Assembly (NCBI RefSeq): GCF_963921235.1
Contig: NC_086098.1
Coordinates: 186,001-250,000, forward strand
Direction of reading: 5' to 3'
DNA length: 64,000 nucleotides
From: Mobula hypostoma
Lineage: Eukaryota
Below are positions 24,542-35,815 of the stretch, piece after piece. Each line of letters opens with the position of its first letter. Position 1 is the stretch's first letter. A model generated the notes under the pieces. That model was not told where the DNA came from. It saw nothing but the letters and a program-made list of their open reading frames with translations, and ran no database searches. The position numbers and the translations under genes were made by a program.

Positions 24542-26835
24542 CACTTCTTCATCCAGGTCATTTATAAAAATCACCAAGAGCAGGGGTCCCAGAGCAGATC
24601 CTTGAGGCACACCACTGGTGACCGACCTCCATGCAGAATATGACCTGTCTACAACCACTGTTTGCCTTCTGTGGACAAGCCAGTTGTGGATCCACAAAGC
24701 AATTTCCCCTTGGATCCCATGCCTCCTTACTTTCTCAATAAGCCTTGCATAGGGTACTTTGTCAAATGCCTTACTGAAATCCATATACACTACCTCTACT
24801 ACTCTACCTTTATCAATGTGTTTAGTCACATCCTCAAAAAATTCAACCAGTTTGTAAGGCACGACCTGCCTTTGACAAAGCCATGTTGACTATTCCTAAT
24901 CATATAATGCCTCAGAGAGTTCTGCACAAGGACTCCCAAGTCTCTTTCAATCTCAGATTTTTGGATTTTCTCCATGTTCAGAAAATAGTGTGCACATTTA
25001 TCTCTTCTACCAAAGTGCATAACCATGCATTTTCCGATATTGTATTTCATTGCCACTTTCACTCGCATTCTCCTGATCTGTCCTTCTGCAGCCTTCCTGC
25101 TTCCTCAACACTATCTGCCCCTCCAGTAAACTTCATATCATTTGCCATCTATTCAATCATCTAAATCATTGATATACAGCATAAAAAGAAGCAGTCCCTA
25201 CATGAATGTCTGCAGAACGATACTGGTAACTGGCCAGCCAACCAGGAAAAGATCCTTTTATTCCTATTCATTGCCTCCTACCAATCAGCCAATGCTCTAA
25301 CTTTCCTGTAATACCATGGACTCTTAATCTGGTAAGCAGACTTATTTGTGCCACCTTGTCAAAGGCTTTCTGAAAGTTGAAATATACAACATTCAGTGCA
25401 TCCCTTTATCTATCCTACTTGTAATCTCCTCAACTATTCCAACATGTTCGTCAGGCAAGATTGTCAGAAAGGGCAGGCAGCCAACAGGTTCAGTTTCAAA
25501 TCATTGAACGACGGAGGATGAGAGGTGACCTGATACAGGTGTTTAATATAATGAGAGGCATTGATCGTGTGGATAGTCAGAGGCTTTTTCCCAGGGCTGA
25601 AATGGCTAACATGAGAGGGCACAGTTTTAAGATGCTTGGAAGTAGGTACAGAGGAAATGTAATGGGTAAGTTTTTTTTACACAAAGAGTGGTGAGTGCGT
25701 GGAATGGGCTGCCGGTGACTGTGGTGGAGGTGGATACAATAAGATCTTTTAAGATGCTCCTGGATAGGAACATGGAATTTATTAAAATAGAGGGCTATGG
25801 ATAACCATAGGTAATTTCTAAAGTAAGTACATGTTCGACACAGCATTGTGGCCGAAGGGCCTGTAATGTGCTATGGGTTTTCTATGTTTCTGTGTTTTAT
25901 TAGGCATGCAGAATCAGGAAGGATAGCAAATACGGTACTCAAGGAGCTGTATCTAAATGCGCATAGTAGAAGAAATAAGGTGGATGACCTTGTTGCAATA
26001 TTACAGATTGCCAGGTATGATGTTGTGGCAATCACTGAATCGTGGCTGAAGGATGGTTGTAGTTGGGAGCTGAATGTCCATAACCTCATTCTTAACAATT
26101 GACTCCAACATCTTCCCAACCACTGAGGTCAGCCTAACTGGACTATAATTTCCTTTCTGCTGCCTTTCTCCTTTCTTAAAGAGTGGTGTGACATTTGCAA
26201 TTTTCCAGTCCTCTGGCACCATTGATTCTTGAAAGATCATTACTCATGCCTCCACAATTTCTACCACTACCTCTTTCAGAACATTAAGGTGGAGTTCATC
26301 TGGTCTGGGTGATGTATGTACCCTTAGGTCTTTCAGCTTTTTGAGCACCTTCTCCCTTGTAATAGTAACTTCCCTCACCCTTCAACACCTGGCATTGCTA
26401 GTGTCTTCTGCAGAGAAGACTGATGAAAAATATTCATTTAGTTAATCAGCCATCTCCTTGTCCCTCATTATTATTTCTCTGGCCTCATTTTCCATTGGTC
26501 CTATATCCAATCTCGTCTGTCTTTTTTTATATACCTGGAAAAGCTTTTTCTATCCACACCTCATCCCTCTTCCTGCCTATGTCGTTGGTCCCAACATGTA
26601 TCACGACTTCTGGTTGCTTTCCCTCCCGTACCAGGATGTCGTGCACCCAGTCAGAGACATCTCGGACCCTGGCACCCGGGAGGCAACAAACCATGCGGGT
26701 GTCCTTCTCACGTCCACAAAATCTCCTGTCTGCTCCCCTGACTATGGAGTTCTCCAATGACGACAGCTCTCCTCTTCTCCGTCCCAACCCTTCTGCACCA
26801 CCGGGTCAGACTTGGTGCCGGAGGCCCTGCCACTG
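24542..26835. mobile_element. Mosaic of CR1 fragments on both strands, including an ORF1 esterase piece
   Basis: ORFs with [40 protein letters not shown] and VCCLPGARV..VIHVGTND. Confidence 0.8.
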
Positions 26836-28219
26836 TGTTCACGTGTTATTTTTGAACTTCATATTGGCACCAAAAAATAGCATTGTCCACAAGATGTTCA
26901 AAGGGACATCCAATTAAACAAAGGCCAAAAAAAAATAAAATGGGACTGTTTATACAAAGAACTATTACACAGAATGAAATCATTCAAAAGTTAAATTCAT
27001 CCCAAAAAAAGATTTCTCTAAAGAAAGCCTGATGTCAAATGGTTTTGGTCTAAATTCAAAAGACCATCTGTTGGGCTCTTCCTCATTCAGGGACTGGTAA
27101 AATTTGAATTTGGCAATCCATGTTGATTGTTTAGAAACAGACGTAATGCCTGATAAACCAGATGAACAATAGTCTTTTTGGAACAAGCCAGGAGTTCAAT
27201 GTTTGCCATGGGCAGCTCTATCCCCAGGGAATATTGCAAGCCATGTGAATTACTGTAGGGACCTCTAAATCCTGTGACTTCCACGTGCTTAGTGTGTGCT
27301 CACATCTGTAAGACTGCAAGACCTCATTGCCTCCAAGGAGCTGGGGGGAGAGAGAGATTAAGAAAGAGAAAAAGAGCTACAAGCTAATTAAGTGCTGAAA
27401 AATGATCAAAATAAAGCATATTGCAACAAATAATTAGTCATAATATGTGAAAAAGTTGGGTTTAATCTCTGTCAAACTGATATAGTTGAGTTTCTGTTCA
27501 CTGAAACAGAATGATGACTACTATTAAATATTTCTTTTCACTTTTTATCATTGATCATAACAGATACACAGATGTGCAACAACTTTGAGGGATCTATGGA
27601 CATGGATACCAAAATCTTTCTATTTAAATTATATTATTGCACCATTACAATATGGAATTTTATTTGAATCCACTGAATCAAGCAATGTAATGCAATTAGA
27701 TCATAAGACCATAAGACATAGGAGCAGAATTAGGCCATTCAGCCCATCGAGTCTGCTCCGCCATTCCGTCATGGCTGGTCCTGAATCCCAACCATACCTG
27801 TCTTCTTGCCAAATCTTTAGATGCCCAGACCGATCAGGAAACTATTAATTTTCACCTTAAATATACTCACAGACTTGGCCTCCACTGCAATCTGTGGCAG
27901 AGCATTCCACAGATTCATTAGACTCTGACCAAAAAAATTCCTCCTTACCTATGTACTAGAAGGTCACCCCTCAATTTTGAGGCTGTACCTTCTAGTTCTG
28001 GATATCCCCACCATAGGAAACATCCTCTCCACATCCACCCTATCTAGTCCTTTCAACATTCAGTAGGTTTCAATGAAAACCCCCTGCATTCTTCTAAATT
28101 CCAGTGAGAACAGGCTCAAAGCTGCCAAACACGCCTCATATGTTAACCCCTTCATTCCCAGAATCATTCTCGTGAACCTCCTCTGGACTCTCTCCAATGA
28201 CAACACATCCTTTCTGAGA

Positions 28220-28528
28220 ACGCAAGCAACAGGAATTCTGCAGATGCTGGAAATTCAAGCAACACACATCAAAGTTGCTGGTGAACGCAGCAGGCCAGGC
28301 AGCATCTCTAGGAAGAGGTACAGTCGACGTTTCGGGCCGAGACCCTTCGTCAGGACTAACTGAAGGAAGAGTTAGTAAGAGATTTGAAAGTGGGAGGGGG
28401 AGGGGGAGATCCAAAATGATAGGAGAAGACAGGAGGGGGAGGGATGGAGCCAAGAGCTGGACAGCCAATCACCTGTCCAGCTCTTGGCTCCATCCCTCCC
28501 CCTCCTGTCTTCTATCATTTTGGATCTA
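28220..28528 (-). mobile_element. PLE terminal fragment (subfamily B) with a fold-back 5' end
   Basis: 13-bp TSD atcctttctgaga (28207-28219 / 28529-28541); inverted repeat ~28407-28527 around an 8-nt loop. Confidence 0.9.
28321..28357 (-). ncRNA. Minimal type-I hammerhead ribozyme motif (intact core)
   Basis: agtc-CTGACGA-a-ggg tctcgg ccc-GAAACGTC/gact. Confidence 0.8.
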
Positions 28529-29210
28529 ATCCTTTCTGAGATATGGGTTAGAACCGTTGACTATACTCCAAGTGCGACCTGACTAGTGTCTTATAAAGGC
28601 TCAGCATTATCTCCTTGCTTTTATATTCTATTCCCCTTCAAATAAATGCCAACATTACATTTGCCTTCTTTACACAGACTTAACCTGTAAATTAACCTTC
28701 CAGGAGACTTGCATGAGGACTCCTAAGTCCCTTTGCACCTCTGATGTTTGAATCTTCTATCCATTTAGATAATAGTCTACAGTATTGTTCCTTTTATCAA
28801 AATGCATTTTCGTACATTTCCCAACACTATATTCCGTCTGCCACTTTTTTGCCTATTCTTCCAATTTGTCTAAGTCCTGCTGCAATTGCATTGCTTCCTC
28901 AGCACTACCTAACCTTCCACCTATCTTCACACCATTCACAAACTTTGCCTCAAAGCCAAAAATTCAATTATCTAAATCATCATCAAACAATGTGAAAAGT
29001 AGCGGTCCTAATGCTAACCCCTGAGGAACACTGGCAGCCAACCAGAAAAGGCCCCCTTTATTCCCACTTGCTGCCTTCTGTCTGTCAACCATTCCTCTGT
29101 CTATGCCTATTTTAAGACAAACTTCCATGTTGTCTTTGCATTTGTAATAACTTCTGTTCCCAACTGCACTGTCTGTGCCACTGTCAAGCAACTCTGTTGG
29201 GTCCTTAGCT

Positions 29211-30537
29211 CAGAATCAGAATCAGGTTTATTATCACCAGCAAATTTGTTAACTTAAGCAGCAATACATAATCTAGCAGAGAGAGAGAAGAGAGAGAAAA
29301 AAATAATAAAATAAAACATAATAAATAAACAAGTAAATCAATTACGTATATTGAATAGATTATTTTTTAAAATGTGCAAAAATGAAATACAGCATATTAA
29401 AAAAAGTGAGGTAGTTTCCAAGGGTTCAATGTCCATTTAGGAATCGGATGGCAGAGCGGAAGAAGCTGTTCCTGAACCACTGAGTGTGTGCCTTCTGCCT
29501 GATGGTAACAGTGAGAAAAGTGCATGCCCTGGGTCCTGGAGGTCTTTAATAATGGACGCTGCCTTTCTGAGACACCACTTGCTAAAGTTGTCCTGGATAC
29601 TTTGTTGGCTAGTTCCCAAGATGGAGCTGACTAGATTTACAACCTTCTGCAGCTTCTTTCGGTCCTGTGCAGTAGCCCCTTTGTACCAGATAGTGATGCA
29701 GCCTGTCAGAATGCTCTCCACGGTGCAACTATAGAAGTTTGGAGCGTATTTTTTGACATGCCAAATTGCTTCAAATTCCTAATGGTGTATAGCCACTGTC
29801 TTGCCTCCTTTATGACTACATCAGTATGCTGGGACCAGGTTAGATCCTCAGAGATCTTGACACTCAGGAACTTGAAGCTGCTCATTCTCTCCACTTCTGA
29901 TCCCTCTATGAGGATTGGTACATGTTCCTTCATCTTACCCTTTCTGAAGTCCACAATCAGCTCTTTCGTCTTACTGATGTTGAGTGCCAGGCTGTTGCTG
30001 CGGCACCATTCCACTAGTTGGCATATCTCACTCCTGTTCGCCCTCTCGTCACCACCTGAGATTCTACCAACAATGGTTGTATTGTCAGCAAATTTGTAGA
30101 TGGTGTTTGAGCTATGCCTAGCCACACAGTCCTGAGTATATAGGGAGCAGAGCAGTGGGCTAAGCACATACCTCTGAGGTGCGCCAGTGTTGATTGTCAA
30201 CAAAGAGGGTATATTATCACCATTCTGCACAGACTGTGGTCTTCCAGTTAAGAAGTTGACGATCCAATTACAGAGGGAGGTACAGAGGCCCAGATTCTGC
30301 AACTTCTCAATTAGGATTGTGGGAATGATGGTATTAAATGCTGAGCTATAGTCAATGAACAGCATCCTGACATAGGTGTTTGTGTTATCTAGGTGGTCTA
30401 AAGTCGTGTGAAGAGCCATGGAGATTGCAACTGCCGTTGACCTATTGTGATGATTGGCAAATTGCAATGGGTCCAGGTCCCTGCTGAGGCAGGAGTTCGA
30501 TCTAGTCATAACCATCCTCTCAAAGCGTTCATCCCTG
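29211..30537 (-). mobile_element. 5'-truncated Rex1/Babar LINE (RT plus 3'UTR)
   Basis: [31 protein letters not shown]; ends aataaacctgattctgattctg. Confidence 0.9.
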
Positions 30538-30741
30538 TCTGTGCTATGTGATGGTGTACCAGGTAAGTGCTTTTCATTTTTTGTGTCATTCTCTAAGGAG
30601 TTCTCATAGTCTTCATTTTGTGCTTTACGTAGTTTGTAATGATGCTCTTTCACATATGTACCTCCATGTCTCAGGAATACCACAACCCCATCCTGACCAA
30701 TAACAACTCTGGGGCCTCTCCATTCTGTACAATCTGCTCTT
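30538..30741 (-). pseudogene. LTR-retrotransposon integrase C-terminal relic, probably Ty1/Copia GalEa-like
   Basis: My translation: [37 protein letters not shown], matching a recalled W.GP..VIGQDG..V..RHG motif. Confidence 0.5.
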
Positions 30742-31720
30742 ACAGGTGTAGCACTTGCACTTACAGGGATAAGTGCCGGGTGGGAGATCCGTGGGGAGGG
30801 ATGTGTGGATCAGGGAGTCGCAGAGGGACCAACCACTAAGCACATCTTTCCCTCTCCACCCCTCTCCACTATCTGCATGGATCGGTCCCTCTGCGATTCC
30901 CTGATCCTCACCTCCCTCCCCACGGATCTCCCACCCGGCACTTATCCCTGGAAGTGCAAGTGCTACACCTGTCCCTACATCTCCTCTCTTGCCACCATTC
31001 AGGGGCCCAAACAGTCCTTCCAGGCAAGGCAACACTTCACTTGTGAGTCTGTTGGGGTCATCTATTGCATCTGGTGCTCCCGGCGTGGCCTCCTCTGCAT
31101 CGGTGAAACTCGACGCAGATTGGGGGACCACTTCGTCGAGCACCTCCACTCCGTCTGCCACAACAGACAGGATCTCCTGGTTGCCACCCATTTCAACTCT
31201 GCTTCCCATTCGGATATGTCCATACATGGTCTCTTCTACTGCGATGATGAGGCTAAACTCAGGTTGGAGGAGCAACAACTCATAGGCCATTTAGGCCCCT
31301 TGGTATGAACATAGAATTCTCCAACTTCCAGTAATTCCTTCCCCCTCCCTTCCCTATCCCTATTTCACTCTGCCACCTCCCCCAGCTGCCTATCACCTCC
31401 CTCATGTTTCCACCTCCTTCTACTACCCATTGTGTTTTCCCCTATTCCTTCTTCACCTTTCCTGCCCATCCCCTCCCTGCTTCCCTCCCCCACCCCTTTA
31501 TCTTTCCACTTACTGGTTTTTCACCTGGAACCTACCAGCCTTCTCCTTCCCCCCTCCCCCCACCTTCTTTATAAGACCTCTGCCCCCTCCCTCATCAGTC
31601 CTGATGAAGGGTTCCGGCCTGAAACGTTGACTGATCGTTTCCTCGGATGCTGCCCAACCTGCTGAGTTTCTCCAGCGTGTTGTGAGTGTTACTCAGCATC
31701 TGCAGAGTATTTTGTGTTTA
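30742..31720 (+). mobile_element. PLE 3' fragment (GIY-YIG plus terminal repeat) with a short inverted 5' segment (~30742-30828)
   Basis: ORF 30805-31308 carries GVIYCIWCS..CIGET and LRLEEQQLI; its 3' terminal sequence matches 13131-13500. Confidence 0.9.
31594..31635 (+). ncRNA. Minimal type-I hammerhead ribozyme motif
   Basis: atcagtc-CTGATGA-agggttccggcct-GAAACGTT/gactgat: 7-bp stem I, GUU cleavage triplet. Confidence 0.75.
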
Positions 31721-31746
31721 CCAAATGCGATGAGTTCTTTCTCTTT

Positions 31747-34700
31747 CCATAAGACCATAAGACAAAGGAGCAGAAGTCGGCCATTTGGCCCATCGAGTCT
31801 ACTCTGCCATCTTATCATGAGCTGACCCATTCTCCCATTTAGTCCTACTCCCCCGCCTTCTCACCATAACCTTTGATGCCCTGGCTACTCAGATAGCTAT
31901 CAATCTCTGCCTTAAATACACCCAATAACTTGGCCTCCACTGCTGCCTGTGGCAACAAATTCCATAGATTCACCACCCTCTGACTAAAAAAATTTCTCGC
32001 ATTTCTGTTCTGAATGGGCGCCCTTCAATCCTTAAGTCATGCCCTCTCGTACTAGATTCCCCCATCATGGGAAACAACTTTTCCACATCCACTCTGTCCA
32101 TGCCTTTCAACATTTGAAATGTTGCTATGAGGTCTCCCCTCATTCTTCTAAACTCGAAGGAATACAGTCCAAGAGTGGACAAACATTCCTCATATGTTAA
32201 CCCTCTCATTCCCGGAATCATTCTAGTGAATCTTCTCTGTACCCTCTCCAATGTCAGCACATCCTTTCTTAAATAAGGAGACCAAAACTGCCCATAGTAC
32301 TCCAAGTGAGGTCTCACCAGCGCCTTATAAAGCCTCAACATCACATCCCTGCTCCTATACTCTATTCCTCGAGAAATGAATGCCAACATTGCATTCGCCT
32401 TCTTCACTACTGACTCAACCTGGAGATTAACCTTAAGGGTATCCTGTACGAGGACTCCCAAGTCCCGTTGCATATCAGAACTTTGAATTCTTTCCCCAAT
32501 TAAATAATAGTCTGCCCATTTATTTCTTCTGCCAAAGAGCATAACTATACTCTTTCCAACATTGTATATCATTTGCCACTTCTTTGCCCATTCTTCCAAT
32601 CTATCCAAGTCTCTCTGCAGACTCTCTGTTTCCTCAGCACTACCGGCCCCTCCACCTATCTTTGTATCATCAGCAAACGTAGCCACAAAACTATCTATTC
32701 CATAACCCAAATCGTTGATGTACAATGTAAAAAGAAGCGGCCCCAACATGGACCCCTGTGGAACACCACTGGTAACCGGCAGCCAATCAGAATAGGATCC
32801 CTTTATTCCCACTCTCTGTTTCCTGCCAATCAGCCAATGCGCTATCCACGTATGTAACTTTTCCGTAATTCCATGGGCTCTTATCTTGTTAAGTAGCCTC
32901 ATGTTTGGCACCTTGTCAAAGGCCTTCTGAAAATCCAAATAGACAACATCCAGTGCATCTCCTTTGTCTAGCCTACTGGTAATTTCCTCAAAAAATTGTA
33001 ATAGGTTTGTCAGGCATGATGTTCCTTTAAGGAATCCATGCTGAGTTCTGCCTATCTTGTCATATGCCTCCAGGTACTCTGTAACCTCATCCTTGACCAT
33101 CGACTCCAACAACTTCGCAACCACCGATGTCAAGCTAACAGGTCTATAATTTCCTTTTTGCTTCCTTGCCCCCTTCTTAAATAGCGGAGTGACATTTGCA
33201 ATCTTCCAGTCCTCCGGAACCATGCCAGAATCTATCGACTTTTGAAAGATCATCGCTAATGCCTCCGCAATCTCCACAGCGACTTCCTTCAGAACACAAG
33301 GGTGCATTCCATCTGGTCCGGGAGATTTATCGACCTTTAGACTATTCAGCTTCCTGAGTACTTCCTTGACTGTGCACACTTCTCTTCCCTGCCACCCTTG
33401 AGTGTCCGGTATACTGCTGATGTCTTCCTCAGTGAAGACTGATGCAAAATACTCATTCAGTTCCTCTGCCATCTCCTTATCTCCCATTACAATTTCTCCA
33501 GCATCATTTTCTATCAATCCTATATCTACTCTCACCTGTCTTTTACTCTTTATATATTTGAAAAAGCTTTTAGTATCATCTTTGATATTATTTGCTAGCT
33601 TCCTTTCATAGTTAATCTTTTCCCTCTTAATGACCTTTTTAGTTTCCTTTTGTAAGGTTTTAAACAATTCCGAATCCTCTGTCTTCCCACTAATTTTTGC
33701 TTCCTTGTATGCCCTCTCCTTTGCTTTAACTTTGGCTTTGACTTCTCTTGTCAACCACGGTTGCATCCTTTTTCCATTCGAAAATTTCTTCATTTTTGGA
33801 ATATGCTTGTCTTGCACCTTCCTCACTTCTTGCATAAACTCCAGCCACTGCTGCTCTGCTGTCTTTCCCGCCAGTGTCCCTTTCCAGTCAACATTGGCCA
33901 GTTCCTCTGTCATGCCACTGTAATTTCCTTTACTCCACTGAAATACTGACACATCAGATTTCGGCTTCTCTTTTTCAAATTTCACAGTGAATTCAATCAT
34001 GTTATGATCACTGTCTCCTAAGGGTTCCTTCACCTCAATCTCTCTAATTACCTCCGGTTCATTACACAATACCCAATCCAGTACAGCCGATCCCCTAGTG
34101 GACTCATCAACAAGCTGTTCTAAAAAGCCATCTCGCAGACATTCTACAAATTCTCTCTCTTGAGATCCAGTGCCGACCTGATTTTCCCAATCCACTTGCA
34201 TGTTAAAATCCCCCACAATTATCATAACACTGCCCTTCTGACAAGCCTTTTCTATTTCCTGTTGTAATTTGTAGTCCACATCACTGCAGCTGTTTGGAGG
34301 CCTATGAATAACTGCCATCAGGGTCCTTTTACCCCTGCGATTTCTTAGTTCAATCCATAAAGATTCTGCACCTTCCGATCCTATATCACCTCTTTCTAAT
34401 GACTTAATATCATTTCTTACCAATAAAGCCATGCCTCCCCCTCTGCCTACCTTCCTATCCTTCCAATACACCATGTATCCTTGGATGTTCAGCTCCCAGA
34501 GACATGCATCCTTTAGCCAGGTCTCTGTGATGGTCACAATATCATACCTGCCAATCTGTAGCTGTATGACAAGATCATCCACCTTATTCCTTATGCTGCG
34601 TGCATTTAAGTATAACACCTTAAGACCAGTATTTGGTACTTTTTGCTTTGATTTCACTGCAACTTTATTGCACTGCAACTCATCCCAATGGCTACAAATT

Positions 34701-35170
34701 TGCCCCATCACCTGCCTGTCTTTCCTGACATCTTTACTGCTCACTATCTTAGATTTATTTCTGTTTTCCCCTTCCTCCGCTCTGTCATTCCGGTTCCCAT
34801 CCCCCTGCCAAATTAGTTTAAACCCTCCCTAACAACTCTATTAAACTTTCCCGCCAGGATATTGGTCCTCTTCGGGTTCAGGTGTAACCTGTCCTTTTTG
34901 AACAGGTCGTACTTCCCCCAGAAGAGATCCCAATTATCCAAGAACCTGAAGCCCTGCCCCCTGCACCAGTCTCTCAGCCACGCATTCATCTGCCTGATCC
35001 TACTATTCTTGCCCTCGCTAGCATGTGGCACAGGTAGCAATCCTCAGATTACTAACCTGGAGGTCCTGCTTCTCAGCTTCCTTCCTAACTCCCAGAAATC
35101 TCTCTTCAGGACCTCCTCCTTTGTTGTATCTATGTACCAAGACAACTGGCTGCTCACCCTCCCCCTTCAG
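31747..35170 (-). mobile_element. Young CR1 LINE: ORF1 esterase C-terminus, ORF2, 3'UTR and tail
   Basis: ORF1 ends ...KKDRLHLN..GLN* at 34813; long ORF2 follows; tail tcttatggtcttatgg. Confidence 0.95.
31970..34744 (-). CDS. CR1 ORF2p (APE endonuclease plus reverse transcriptase), 924 aa, C-terminally frameshifted
   Basis: YLNARSIRNK, ITETWL, GDFN, SDHNMI, YRPVSL, LDFQKAFDKVP, GVPQGSMLGP, FADDTK. An A-run at ~31986 is shorter than in sister copy 5724-5730 and truncates the last ~45 aa. Confidence 0.85.
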   Translation of the reverse strand: MSSKDVRKDRQVMGQICSHWDELQCNKVAVKSKQKVPNTGLKVLYLNARSIRNKVDDLVIQLQIGRYDIVTITETWLKDACLWELNIQGYMVYWKDRKVGRGGGMALLVRNDIKSLERGDIGSEGAESLWIELRNRRGKRTLMAVIHRPPNSCSDVDYKLQQEIEKACQKGSVMIIVGDFNMQVDWENQVGTGSQEREFVECLRDGFLEQLVDESTRGSAVLDWVLCNEPEVIREIEVKEPLGDSDHNMIEFTVKFEKEKPKSDVSVFQWSKGNYSGMTEELANVDWKGTLAGKTAEQQWLEFMQEVRKVQDKHIPKMKKFSNGKRMQPWLTREVKAKVKAKERAYKEAKISGKTEDSELFKTLQKETKKVIKREKINYERKLANNIKDDTKSFFKYIKSKRQVRVDIGLIENDAGEIVMGDKEMAEELNEYFASVFTEEDISSIPDTQGWQGREVCTVKEVLRKLNSLKVDKSPGPDGMHPCVLKEVAVEIAEALAMIFQKSIDSGMVPEDWKIANVTPLFKKGARKQKGNYRPVSLTSVVAKLLESMVKDEVTEYLEAYDKIGRTQHGFLKGTSCLTNLLQFFEEITSRLDKGDALDVVYLDFQKAFDKVPNMRLLNKIRAHGITEKLHTWIAHWLIGRKQRVGIKGSYSDWLPVTSGVPQGSMLGPLLFTLYINDLGYGIDSFVATFADDTKIGGGAGSAEETESLQRDLDRLEEWAKKWQMIYNVGKSIVMLFGRRNKWADYYLIGERIQSSDMQRDLGVLVQDTLKVNLQVESVVKKANAMLAFISRGIEYRSRDVMLRLYKALVRPHLEYYGQFWSPYLRKDVLTLERVQRRFTRMIPGMRGLTYEECLSTLGLYSFEFRRMRGDLIATFQMLKGMDRVDVEKLFPMMGESSTRGHDLRIEGRPFRTEMREIFLVRGW

Positions 35171-35171
35171 A

Positions 35172-35815
35172 ATATGTTGCCATTTATTTCTAGAGGTATA
35201 GAATATAAGAGGAGGGATGTGATGTTGAGGCTCTATAAGGCACTCATGAGACCACACTTGGAGTACTGTGTGTAGTTTTGGGCTCCTTATTTTAGAAAGG
35301 ATACGTATACTGACATTGGAGAGGGTTCAGAGAAGATTCACGAGAATGATTCCAGGAATGAAAGGGTTACTGTATGAGGAAGGTCTGGCTGCTCTGTATT
35401 CCCTGGAGTTCAGGAGAATGAGGGGGGATCTCATAGAAACATTCCAAATGATTAAAAGCCTGAACAGATTAGATATGGCAAAGTTATTTCCCATGGTAGG
35501 GGAGTCTAAGTCAAAGAGGGCACAATTTCAGGATTGAAGGACGTCCTTTTAGAACTGAGATGCGGAGAAATTACTTTAGTCAGAGGGTGGTAAATCTGTG
35601 GAATTCGTTGCCACAAGCAGCTGTGGAGGCCAAGTCATTGGGTGTATTTAAGGCAGAGATAGATAGGTTCTTGATTAGCCAGGGCATCAAAGGGTATGGG
35701 GAGAAGTCAGTGGGGTGGGATGACTGGGAGAATTGGATCAGCCCATGATTGAATGGCAGAGCAGACTCATGAGCCGAATGGCCTTCGTCTGCTCCTATAT
35801 CTTATGGTCTTATGG
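35172..35815 (+). mobile_element. CR1 3' fragment
   Basis: MLPFISRGIEYK, QRVVNLWNSLP and a cttatggtcttatgg tail. Confidence 0.88.

Larger units (their letters stand above)
27702..29104 (-). mobile_element. CR1 3' portion hosting a PLE mini-insertion
   Basis: VPQGLALGPLLF remnant, RT C-terminus and tail repeats at ~27702-27718. Confidence 0.85.

Noticed and set aside
29706..30683. 325-aa RT ORF with a novel-looking N-terminus
   Set aside because: Junction of a truncated Rex1 with an older integrase relic; RT motif is FADN.
35172..35815. Possible twin-priming 5' inversion of the adjacent CR1
   Set aside because: It has its own 3'UTR and tail and differs in sequence from the neighbouring copy, so it is an independent insertion.
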